From an uncultured bacterium (GTDB lineage Bacteria > Hydrothermota > UBA3073 > NMUJ01 > CBEVQO01): a DNA stretch of 64,000 bases. This document shows positions 8,101 to 16,155 of this stretch, piece after piece (the first letter of the stretch is position 1; the number at the start of each line of letters is the position of its first letter). The notes under the pieces were generated by a model, which searched no databases, was not told where the DNA came from, and saw nothing but the letters and a program-made list of their open reading frames with translations. The stretch lies in contig CBEVQO010000004.1 in assembly GCA_965552055.1 (NCBI GenBank), positions 106,213 to 170,212 of the forward strand, given 5' to 3'. The position numbers and the translations under genes are program-made.

Positions 8101-9780
8101 TTTTACATGAAATTTATCGGATTTTTTATCATTTCCGGTGCATTCATCTCCTGGCAGATGCGATTCAACATAAGCAATGTGGTCTCCATGTTCCGAGTAG
8201 CCAGATGCATACCAGTAAATTGTTGTATCTTCATTTGGATTTAAATGACCGACTTTGACACTATCCGTGTAAACTGTGTCACCTGAAGGAGATACAACCT
8301 TTACATCGACATAAAAATTACTTTGAGAATTTGTTCCTGCATTTTTTACTATCGCAATAACTGTTTCTGGTTGTGATGGCTCCACTGCACTGGGTTTACA
8401 TTCAACAGACATTACTTCTATGTCATTTGCAAAAACTTTTCCCTTACGGAATTCCACATCATCAATGTATATGCCGTATTCGTCATAAGAGTCATAATGG
8501 AAAGCTATTCTTAATGTGTCGCCTTCGTTGACGCTATTTAAAATTATAACTTTCTTTACGAAACTGGTATTACTTGTTGTTGTATCCCATATTATTGTGT
8601 ACTGCGATGTATCTTCCGAGAACCCCACATTCAATCTTACGCTGAAATGCTCATCTCCATATCCGTATTCGGAAGCTCCCCTGAACCAGAAAATAAGTGA
8701 ATCTTTATTTGAGGATGCCACAACTGGTGGTAATATCAACCAGTCGTTATTAGGCAAATCCCACTTGCAGTAAGCAGAGTAGGTGCCCGAGTGAGCATGA
8801 GTGCTTGATAACTCCCATTCATCGTCTCCATCGAAGTTATAAATTTTCCAGCATTTACATGGCGGGAATTCAGAATATTCGAAACTCGTGCTCCATGGCA
8901 CATTGTGTACCTCCATACAATGGAAGCTATCCTCTTTTTCATCATCGTTGTGCCATGCATCATCTGATAAATTTGCCTTCACTATTACTGTGTAATCTCC
9001 ATGTTCTGTTGCAACATCATAATTCCATGTGATAACGGTATCGCTGTCTGATTTTAATTCTCCAATTGTGACAGTATCTCCCCATACGATGCTATCCGAA
9101 GAGTCTTTAATCCAGCAATATACGGGAACGCTGGATTCATCTGATGTACCCTCATTTTTTATCTCAGCGGTTATTGTAAGGGTATGTTTAGGCGGTATAA
9201 CATTGTGGTTTAAGCTGAGGGATTTTACTGCGATGTTATGGGCAAGTTGACCTTTAATTCTGAAGAGGTCGATACATGGATTTGTGTATCCGTAATCACT
9301 GTGTCCCCTGAATTTTATCATTATGATTTTGCTATCTGGTAAAGCATACTCAAAATGTGTCCATGCATCTTTTATCCCGAGCGAATCAAGTTCCACCCAG
9401 CTTTTACCAGAATCAGTAGAATAATAAACTTTTACCCAGTCCTCACCCGGAGGAGATGTGTTATCATACTCGTTGATGTAATAGAAAGAAAGTGTACAGT
9501 TAGCGGCAGATGTTAAGTCGAAAGTATCTGTTATTAAATCTTCCTCATATCCATTGCTCGATATATAAGAGTAAAATCTTGCGTATTTTGAGCCAGAGTA
9601 AGCGCTGTCAGGGTCACCACTGGATGAGCCATCGCCCCATACCCATCCGTCATCAGAGCCACTAACGGGCACGGTATCCCACTGTGCAGGAGGAAACATG
9701 TCCTCGAAATCCTCTTCAATCAATACAGTTGCTCCAAGACCAGTCCATAAAAACAACATCAATACAGATAACCATTTCAT
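5113..9780 (-). CDS. Secreted clostripain-family (C11) cysteine peptidase with cleaved-adhesin/CARDB-like repeats and T9SS type-A-like CTD
   Basis: KKWTVMVYIIGDNNL, MFVIWDHGSGW (His), FGFDECLM (Cys); signal peptide MKWLSVLMLFLWTGLGA at ATG 9780; C-terminal PNPF...VKIYDVTGR...GIYF. Confidence 0.88.
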   Translation of the reverse strand: MKWLSVLMLFLWTGLGATVLIEEDFEDMFPPAQWDTVPVSGSDDGWVWGDGSSSGDPDSAYSGSKYARFYSYISSNGYEEDLITDTFDLTSAANCTLSFYYINEYDNTSPPGEDWVKVYYSTDSGKSWVELDSLGIKDAWTHFEYALPDSKIIMIKFRGHSDYGYTNPCIDLFRIKGQLAHNIAVKSLSLNHNVIPPKHTLTITAEIKNEGTSDESSVPVYCWIKDSSDSIVWGDTVTIGELKSDSDTVITWNYDVATEHGDYTVIVKANLSDDAWHNDDEKEDSFHCMEVHNVPWSTSFEYSEFPPCKCWKIYNFDGDDEWELSSTHAHSGTYSAYCKWDLPNNDWLILPPVVASSNKDSLIFWFRGASEYGYGDEHFSVRLNVGFSEDTSQYTIIWDTTTSNTSFVKKVIILNSVNEGDTLRIAFHYDSYDEYGIYIDDVEFRKGKVFANDIEVMSVECKPSAVEPSQPETVIAIVKNAGTNSQSNFYVDVKVVSPSGDTVYTDSVKVGHLNPNEDTTIYWYASGYSEHGDHIAYVESHLPGDECTGNDKKSDKFHVKGVIVPPYYTGFEEDSFPPCVCWEDVYRNWERYTSAPHSGNYYAHIDYNVSEGEGILVTPTINAGYNDTLIFWWKEADSKGKDIGHDSTLVEISQDNGATWTLWKILKIEHSSTWYAETLVFQNYCGSEVKVRWRYQTDKSYSAYGFNLDDIEIRAGERFEHDVGVAKIYFSPEICGKYQTDTIKIKAVNYGENDETFSLVKMVVEPSGETTYCDTTENIYLVSYHDTIIEFLYTPDTTGNHLVIARTLLTGDEFSNNDEKKDTLKVKPPDIYCSSSKIGGDGIADVGEDSVELIITLKNKGGFAYCVSCSLSESEPHAELIPPVKQNYGDMDYNDEVSKTFLFNVLDSATNGEELTFTLHIKDTTGYEKTEAINVIVGGKKWTVMVYIIGDNNLGDLGDNDVDEMESAGSTNQMNILVQIDGSSSYPYNDSSGSRTDANRYYIKYSPSANNKIDAYPEVQLGEIDMADTTEIFDFFKWCVDNYPAQHYMFVIWDHGSGWQKRAGLKGAGWDDGAGSMLGVSNGELHNLLRKMKNYIGRNIDVFGFDECLMCMLENAYEIKEFVDYFVGSEPPEPGEGWCYHFLKELKNNPDMSPKELANKVVDAYSDYYSSSSSCNLNAWDLGHSFQRLCWDVDKLAVECLKEGGMTNSAIKNVVSNLQGLIESWSPYNHYVDIRRLANDLKAQNISEGINEACDSILKHFGYPPYQEGMPLCTTWCNSDLNGVTYGMMINCPDDGSDLSGSWEDDFDYRWLKWAKNSAWYYFIAGYSSLPDTVILLYTGNSFVDEDGDTTPEPGEEVELDIRVRNSGNANAQNVWAKIYSEDSNISVIDDSCGFGTIPGDTEVISKDRVKIKIGSKCPMNRRVVLRLEIHTTQSKAELVFNDHIIFDVGVTKGDFPPSGPVGDIAKAVKRDFLKQEPNPFVHSTLIKFGLTNKKFVSVKIYDVTGRCIKTLKEGVLPAGIYKINFNAEKLPAGIYFCRMKTDNKIFTRKMIKIK

Positions 9781-9798
9781 AATACCCTCCTTTATCTT

Positions 9799-9825
9799 AA
9801 TATAAGGAAAAAAAGAGGCTGTCAA
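9799..9825 (-). promoter_or_regulatory. Promoter TTGACA-N15-TATATT of the clostripain-like gene
   Basis: TTGACA 9825-9820, TATATT 9804-9799, then SD AAGGAGGG. Confidence 0.65.
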
Positions 9826-9988
9826 GAAAAAATTGAGAAAGTGCTGAAAAACGGTTATATAATATTGAGGATTTATAGAAATTCAAAAATGGGTCGCAAA
9901 GGGCGAAGCCTTTCGAAAAAACTATGGGCGGGTGGGATAAACAAAAATTGAAAAATGGAATTTTTCAGCAATCTCAATTTAAATTTTG

Positions 9989-10015
9989 TTGACATTTTGA
10001 ATAAGTGATTATAAT
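9989..10015 (+). promoter_or_regulatory. Promoter TTGACA-N15-TATAAT, leaderless (ATG 6 nt downstream)
   Basis: TTGACA 9989-9994, TATAAT 10010-10015, ATG 10022, no SD. Confidence 0.72.
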
Positions 10016-10021
10016 TAGTGT

Positions 10022-10435
10022 ATGGTATTGATACAGATATTTTTCGGGATACTTGTCTTGATGTTTGGCTGGCTCTGGTATTCTTTACATAAGATGGAAG
10101 AAAGGTTGCGTCGTGAGATGCGTGAAATGGAAAAAAGATTGCGAGAAAGTGATGAAAAATTGCGCAAAGAGATGATAGAAAGAGACGAGAGACTGCGTCG
10201 TGAGATGTTAGAGCATTTCAAAAAAATAGATGAACATTTAAGAAGGATTGATGCCCTGTTAATGCTGATAATAAAGGTTCATTTTGAAGAAATAGGTAAA
10301 GAAGCAATGGAGATAATGATGGGTTTAAAAACAGAAAGAGATGTGTTTTCGGATATTGCCAGAAATCTTGCCGATACTTTTAAGGATAAGATAAGAGAGG
10401 TTGTAAGAGAAGAGATTGCCAAATCCAAATCCTGA
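10022..10435 (+). CDS. Hypothetical protein, N-terminal membrane anchor plus coiled coil
   Basis: Hydrophobic residues 1-21, then ERLRREM-type quasi-repeats. Confidence 0.75.
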   Translation: MVLIQIFFGILVLMFGWLWYSLHKMEERLRREMREMEKRLRESDEKLRKEMIERDERLRREMLEHFKKIDEHLRRIDALLMLIIKVHFEEIGKEAMEIMMGLKTERDVFSDIARNLADTFKDKIREVVREEIAKSKS

Positions 10436-11621
10436 ATTTTACATAAAGACATTCGGATGTAAATTAAATCAATATTTCAGTGAAGTTTTGAAAGAGAGTT
10501 TAGAAGATGCAGGCTTTATCTTTTCAAAAGAATCCCCCGATATTGTGATTGTAAACTCATGCACGGTGACGCACAAAGCAGATAGGGATGCAAGGAAATG
10601 TATCCACAAATGGAAAAAACTGGGAAAAAAAGTAATATTGACAGGTTGTTATGCAAAAAGAGAAAAAAATATAAATGATGTTTTGATTTTGCCAGAAATC
10701 GAAGATGTGCTGAAGTATTTTGGAATTGAGAGAAAAAGAATAATTTCTGACTTTTCAGAAAAAGTTAAAGCATTTGTCATGGTTCATACTGGCTGTGATA
10801 ATTTTTGTTCCTATTGTATCGTGCCTTATGTGAGAGGTGCTCCCCGTTCCCGTCCTTATCGGGAGATAATTGAGGAAGCGGAAAATCTCGTAAAAAGAGG
10901 TTTTAAAGAAATTATCTTGACAGGGATAAATATCGGTAAATATAATTTTAATGATAAAAGATTAATTGATGTCATGAGAGGGGTTTCTAAAATTTCCGGG
11001 ATAAAAAGAATATGGCTATCGTCAATTGAGCCCGATACTTTAGCAGATGATATAATTGATTTTGTAGCAGAAGAGAAAAAATTTGCAAAATACTTTCATA
11101 TACCTTTGCAATCTGGAAGTGATAAAATTTTAAAACTGATGGGAAGAAGATACGATAAGAAATTTTTTGAGAAGCTCATTTTGAAGATAAAGGGAAAAAT
11201 TCATGATTGTGGAATAGGAACAGATGTTATCTGTGGTTTTCCCGGTGAAGAGGATGAAGATTTTGAAGAAACTTTTAGATTTTTAAAAGATTTGCCTTTT
11301 TCGAATATCCATGCATTTTCTTTTTCTGCGCGACCAGGTACAAAAGCTGAAAAACTTGAAGGAAAAGTTGAAAGTAAAAAGATAAAAGAAAGAATGCAAA
11401 GATTACAAAAGTTAAAAGAAGAAAAATTAAAAGAGTTTGTAGAAAGTTTTAAAGGGAAAAAGATAAATGTTCATTTTGAGAATTATAAAGAAGGTTTTTT
11501 ATGTGGCACTTCTTACAATTACATAAAGGTAAAAGTTAAAGGTGAAAAATGTTTTGTTGATGGATTTTTTGATGTTGAAATTAAAAATTATAAAAATGGC
11601 TATGCGGAAGGATTACTTTAA
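10416..11621 (+). CDS. mtaB: tRNA methylthiotransferase MtaB (MiaB-like radical SAM)
   Basis: KTFGCKLN, VNSCTVTHKADRDAR, GCDNFCSYCIVPYVRG, HIPLQSGSD; exact start uncertain. Confidence 0.88.
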   Translation: MPNPNPEFYIKTFGCKLNQYFSEVLKESLEDAGFIFSKESPDIVIVNSCTVTHKADRDARKCIHKWKKLGKKVILTGCYAKREKNINDVLILPEIEDVLKYFGIERKRIISDFSEKVKAFVMVHTGCDNFCSYCIVPYVRGAPRSRPYREIIEEAENLVKRGFKEIILTGINIGKYNFNDKRLIDVMRGVSKISGIKRIWLSSIEPDTLADDIIDFVAEEKKFAKYFHIPLQSGSDKILKLMGRRYDKKFFEKLILKIKGKIHDCGIGTDVICGFPGEEDEDFEETFRFLKDLPFSNIHAFSFSARPGTKAEKLEGKVESKKIKERMQRLQKLKEEKLKEFVESFKGKKINVHFENYKEGFLCGTSYNYIKVKVKGEKCFVDGFFDVEIKNYKNGYAEGLL

Positions 11622-11631
11622 GAATAATATT

Positions 11632-13011
11632 ATGTATATATATCAGCAATTGCAAAAATGGGGTGATGCTTTTAAATTGCTTAAAAATTTTGCAAAAGAG
11701 AAAGAGATTTTCCTTGTTGGCGGTGCTTTAAGGGATGGCTTATTACATTTGTCTTTAAAAGATTTTGATTTTGCGATAAGGGATAGTGGTGTTGAATTTG
11801 CCAGATATTTTGCAAAGCGCTTAAAAGGAGCATTTGTTATGCTCGATGAATCACTTGATATGGCAAGGGTTGTTATAGATAAAAAGATAAATTTTGATTT
11901 TAACGGTATGCGAGATATAGATGAAGATTTGAGGAGGCGGGATTTTACTGTAAATGCAATATCTTTGAGATTTGGAGAATTTGAAATATATGACCCTTTA
12001 AATGGAGTTAAAGATTTGGATAAAGGTTTAATAAGGGTAACGGGTAAAGGAGTATTTTCTGATGACCCTTTGCGTATTTTGAGAGCTTTTCGTTTTTCTG
12101 CTACTCATGGATTCAGGATAGAAAGGGGGACATATAATCTTATTTTGAAAGAGAAAGAAAGATTAAAGGGATGTGCTCCCGAAAGGATTCATGAAGAATT
12201 GAAATATATTTTTAATGCGAGGTTTAGCTTTTGGGTGGTTGATAAAATGAGAAGGTCGGGAGTTCTTGAAATAATATTGAGTGAGTTGAAAGATTTGCGT
12301 GGTTTCCCTTCTGGTAAACCTTTGCGCGACCTTTTATGGCATTCACTTTATACTTTGAAAGCAATCGAAGAAATAGATTTATTGCATTCCGATGAAATTT
12401 TCTGGCGCTATATCAATGATAAATTTTATTTGTTGAAGTTATCTGCTTTATTGCATGATGTTGCAAAACCTCAATGCTATTGTGAAAGGGATGGAGAAGT
12501 TCACTTTTATGGACATGAGAAAGTGGGTGCTCAAATGGTTGAAGAAGGACTAAAAGATAGATTAAGATTGTCAAATAAGGAAGTAAAAGTTTTGAGTAAG
12601 CTTGTTTTATTGCATATGAGACCGCATTTACTATGTGCTGAGGTGAATCCCACAGATAAGGCGCTTTTCAGGTTGGTGAGGGATGCAGGCGAAGAAGCAC
12701 CTGGTTTATTGCTTTTGGCTTATGCTGATGCACTTGCTTCTTTGTGCGATGAGGATTATCTTTCTAACATGAAAAAATTAATCGAAAGGGGGTCAACAAT
12801 TTATAAAAATATGATTTCTCCGCGATTTAAAAGACTGATAACGGGAAATGATTTGATAAAACTTGGATTGAAACCGGGTCCTATTTTTAAGAGAATACTG
12901 GAAGATGTTGAGTCAAAGCAAATATCGGGTGAGTTAAAGAAAAAAGAAGATGCCCTTTCTTATGTTAAAGAAAAGTATTTAGAAAGGGGGTCGAATTTTG
13001 GTGAACGATAA
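11632..13011 (+). CDS. Class II tRNA nucleotidyltransferase with HD domain (probably CC-adding type)
   Basis: LVGGALRD..DFDF, EDLRRRDFTVNA, DDPLRILRAFRF, ALLHDVAKP; start could also be 11596. Confidence 0.88.
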   Translation: MYIYQQLQKWGDAFKLLKNFAKEKEIFLVGGALRDGLLHLSLKDFDFAIRDSGVEFARYFAKRLKGAFVMLDESLDMARVVIDKKINFDFNGMRDIDEDLRRRDFTVNAISLRFGEFEIYDPLNGVKDLDKGLIRVTGKGVFSDDPLRILRAFRFSATHGFRIERGTYNLILKEKERLKGCAPERIHEELKYIFNARFSFWVVDKMRRSGVLEIILSELKDLRGFPSGKPLRDLLWHSLYTLKAIEEIDLLHSDEIFWRYINDKFYLLKLSALLHDVAKPQCYCERDGEVHFYGHEKVGAQMVEEGLKDRLRLSNKEVKVLSKLVLLHMRPHLLCAEVNPTDKALFRLVRDAGEEAPGLLLLAYADALASLCDEDYLSNMKKLIERGSTIYKNMISPRFKRLITGNDLIKLGLKPGPIFKRILEDVESKQISGELKKKEDALSYVKEKYLERGSNFGER

Positions 13012-13100
13012 GTTTCTCGAAGCAGGAAAGATATGTTATGGACAAAATTCCAGAAAATGTAATAAATACAAAAAGCGGGATTTGATTTAAAAAATTTTTC

Positions 13101-13127
13101 TTGACAATGGTATTAGTTTGTTATAAT
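13101..13127 (+). promoter_or_regulatory. Promoter TTGACA-N15-TATAAT of the TBDR/PorV locus
   Basis: TTGACA 13101-13106, TATAAT 13122-13127. Confidence 0.75.
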
Positions 13128-13146
13128 TAAAAGAATGGGGGGTGTT

Positions 13147-16146
13147 ATGAAAAGGTTATTTGTATTGGTGTTAATTTTAATGCCGGTTTTCTGTTATGCT
13201 GGTATTTATGGTAAGATAGCGGGCAGGGTGGTGGATGCGAAAACTGGTCGTCCAATTGAGAAAGCAGCTGTTAAGGTGAAAGGCACTCCACTTGGTACAT
13301 TTACGGATGCCAATGGTTATTATGTTTTAATACAGGTGCCTGTGGGAGTTCATACCATTGAGGTTTCGAGGATGGGTTATGAGACGAAGGAAGTTGCGAA
13401 TGTGCTTGTGCTTGCTGATTTGACGACCACAATTGATGTAGAACTTGAACCCACTGTGATAGTAGGTAAGAGGGTTGTGGTGATAGCTTCCCGTCCGATT
13501 ATTGAGAAAGATGTTACCACATCTCGAACGATAGTTACTGCTGAGGATTTGGAGAACATGGCGGTTGCGAGTGTGAACCAGGCTGTTGTAGGTGCAGCTG
13601 GCGTTAATGTAGACCAGGAAGGTGCGATGCATATAAGAGGTGGTAGGGCTTTTGAGACTGCTTTTGTTCTTGATGGTGCTACGCTTGTGGATCCTTTTAC
13701 AAATTATCAGGATGCTCATATACCGCAATCTGCAGCAGAAGAGATTTCGGTATTTACAGGGGGTTTTAATGCCGAGTATGGAAGTGCGCAGTCAGGTGTC
13801 ATATCGGTAGTTACAAAATCTGGAAAAGAATATTATTTTGGTTCTTTTGGCTACAGGACGAATGATTACAGTATGTTTGGCAAAGGATTTCATGATTTTA
13901 TGGATAGGAATGAAGTTCAGAAGATGTGTTTACACAGGTGGGATTTCTCTTTTGGAGGTCCTGAGCCATTGAGTAATTTAGTGCTTCCTATGTTTGGAAT
14001 TAAATCTTTACAACGGAAGATAAAATTCTTTATCTCGGGTGAAATCCAGAAGGATAGTGGTATAACATATTATGATGATCAATATAGAAGGTCATTGACC
14101 GGGAAAATCACCTTTGATGTAACACCGAAATTGAAGATAAAAATAGGAGGGTTGTGGTACAGGAATGATTTCCATGCTCATGATTTCTTTACGATTTATA
14201 GAGAGAGGTCAAACCAAGATCACTCTTATTTAAGATGGATGAGGAGGTGGGAAGGCTTACCTGATATCTGGCGTGAGACGAAGTCGATTTATGCTGGTAT
14301 AACGCATACGATTTCACCAACCACATTTTATGAGATAATCGTTGATAAACATCATACATTTAGAGGCTGGAATATTTTTGAAGATTTCCTAAGCGATACT
14401 CCGATAACTGACCCTGATGCTGTTTGTGAAGATACTTATCATATTGACCTGGTGAAAGGAGGAAAACTCACTCTTTATAAGTATTACAAGATTGTTGTTG
14501 ATACTTATGTAATTGCGTATGATACTATTGTATGGGAAGATGGTAAATTTAAGTTTTATACCGTTTATGATACTGTGATTGATACTTTTAAGAAATATTA
14601 TGGAGATGGTAAGGATGACTTTGCTGATTGGGATTTTGATGGTGATGTTGAGATAAATGGTCATGAGACGCCTTATTACTGGCCCGATCCTGAGATGCCG
14701 CCAGCTCCTGCTCGCAAGGTTGACGATTATGGATATTATATTGAAGGTTACTACAGGGCTGCTTTTTATAGAAGAGATGCTACGGCATATACTTTTAAAT
14801 TTAAGTTGACTTCTCAGATAACGAAGATACATCAAATCAGAACTGGTTTTGAATATAAACGGCACAATTTATGGCTTTATGATGCTGATTTAGCGTCTGG
14901 AGGCAATTATTATCTTGAGAAATTTGGTGTTCCCGCGGATACTATACCTGTGCGACCTTATTATTTCAGTGCATATTTACATGATAAGATGGAATTTAAG
15001 GGTATGATTGTAAATGCAGGTTTGAGATTCGATTACTGGGATGCTAATTGGGCTTATCAGCCAGCTGATCCATTCCATCCCGTGGAAGAAGGTTATGAGA
15101 ACGAAGGTGGTCTTGCCCATATTTTGAATCCTACAAAGGTAAAGCCGAAGTGGCATTTATCACCGAGAATAGGAATATCCTTCCCGGTTACTGAATGGGA
15201 TAAATTCCATTTCACCTATGGACACTATGTTCAAATGCCGCCTTATATTTTCCAGTTCAGGAATGCGACATGGGATTTGAGGGGAGCGTATCCTTTGCTT
15301 GGCAATCCCGATATTCGTCCTGAAATAACGGTTTCTTATGAGTGTGGAGTTGAGCATGCTTTTAATGAGTATGTGAAGGTTGATGTTACAGGATTTTACA
15401 AAGATATTAGGGATTTGACCGATACTGAATCGATTTATTATACTCTTGCGAAATATTATACAAGGTATTGTAATGCTGATTACGGGAAAGTAAGAGGTTT
15501 TGAGGTTACTTTTAAGAAGCGTCCAGGTGGAGGGCGATTGCCTTTCCTATTTGTTGATTTAAGTTATACTTATCAGATAGCAACAGGTAAAAGTTCGTCT
15601 ACTCGTCAGAATTATGACCTTACATGGGAGGGCTTTATAATACCAAAGAGGGAGGCATATCTTGATTGGGATCAGAGGCACAATTTAACATTGCACCTCG
15701 GGATTGTTGTTCCAAAAGGAGTTGCGTTGTTTGGTATTCCTTATTTGTCCAACTTTAGAATAACATCGAGGACAGAGATTCAGAGTGGTTTCCCTTGGAC
15801 TCCTCCGTCCTCTGTTGCTGAGCCGAGGATAAACGAAGGGAGATTGCCAGGTACACATATTACAAATTTAAGGTTACAAAAAATGTTTGATATTGGTAAA
15901 TTGAAGGGCAGTTTATTCATGGATATTTATAATTTATTTAATGTGAGAGACAACATAAGTGTGCTTGCTGACTCTGACTGGTATCTTGCGAAGCTCACTT
16001 CGGAGGCAGGTTTAAGTGAAGATGATGTTTTAAAGGGCACGGGTTACCGAAAGTTGAAAGCGAGGTATGCGAAAGGCAGGTGGAATGATCCAGCTACATT
16101 GATGTCACCGCGAAGAATAACCGTTGGCTTTGAAATAAAGTTTTAA
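13147..16146 (+). CDS. TonB-dependent receptor with N-terminal carboxypeptidase-regulatory-like domain
   Basis: Signal peptide, GKIAGRVVDAKTG, plug HIRGGR...FNAEYGSAQSGVI, C-terminal GFEIKF. Confidence 0.93.
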   Translation: MKRLFVLVLILMPVFCYAGIYGKIAGRVVDAKTGRPIEKAAVKVKGTPLGTFTDANGYYVLIQVPVGVHTIEVSRMGYETKEVANVLVLADLTTTIDVELEPTVIVGKRVVVIASRPIIEKDVTTSRTIVTAEDLENMAVASVNQAVVGAAGVNVDQEGAMHIRGGRAFETAFVLDGATLVDPFTNYQDAHIPQSAAEEISVFTGGFNAEYGSAQSGVISVVTKSGKEYYFGSFGYRTNDYSMFGKGFHDFMDRNEVQKMCLHRWDFSFGGPEPLSNLVLPMFGIKSLQRKIKFFISGEIQKDSGITYYDDQYRRSLTGKITFDVTPKLKIKIGGLWYRNDFHAHDFFTIYRERSNQDHSYLRWMRRWEGLPDIWRETKSIYAGITHTISPTTFYEIIVDKHHTFRGWNIFEDFLSDTPITDPDAVCEDTYHIDLVKGGKLTLYKYYKIVVDTYVIAYDTIVWEDGKFKFYTVYDTVIDTFKKYYGDGKDDFADWDFDGDVEINGHETPYYWPDPEMPPAPARKVDDYGYYIEGYYRAAFYRRDATAYTFKFKLTSQITKIHQIRTGFEYKRHNLWLYDADLASGGNYYLEKFGVPADTIPVRPYYFSAYLHDKMEFKGMIVNAGLRFDYWDANWAYQPADPFHPVEEGYENEGGLAHILNPTKVKPKWHLSPRIGISFPVTEWDKFHFTYGHYVQMPPYIFQFRNATWDLRGAYPLLGNPDIRPEITVSYECGVEHAFNEYVKVDVTGFYKDIRDLTDTESIYYTLAKYYTRYCNADYGKVRGFEVTFKKRPGGGRLPFLFVDLSYTYQIATGKSSSTRQNYDLTWEGFIIPKREAYLDWDQRHNLTLHLGIVVPKGVALFGIPYLSNFRITSRTEIQSGFPWTPPSSVAEPRINEGRLPGTHITNLRLQKMFDIGKLKGSLFMDIYNLFNVRDNISVLADSDWYLAKLTSEAGLSEDDVLKGTGYRKLKARYAKGRWNDPATLMSPRRITVGFEIKF

Positions 16147-16155
16147 GGGGGGGTT

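Noticed and set aside
13001-13090. 29-codon ORF MNDKFLEAGKICYGQ..., faintly like a methionine aminopeptidase N-terminus
   Set aside because: Too short, weak similarity and no continuation in other frames.
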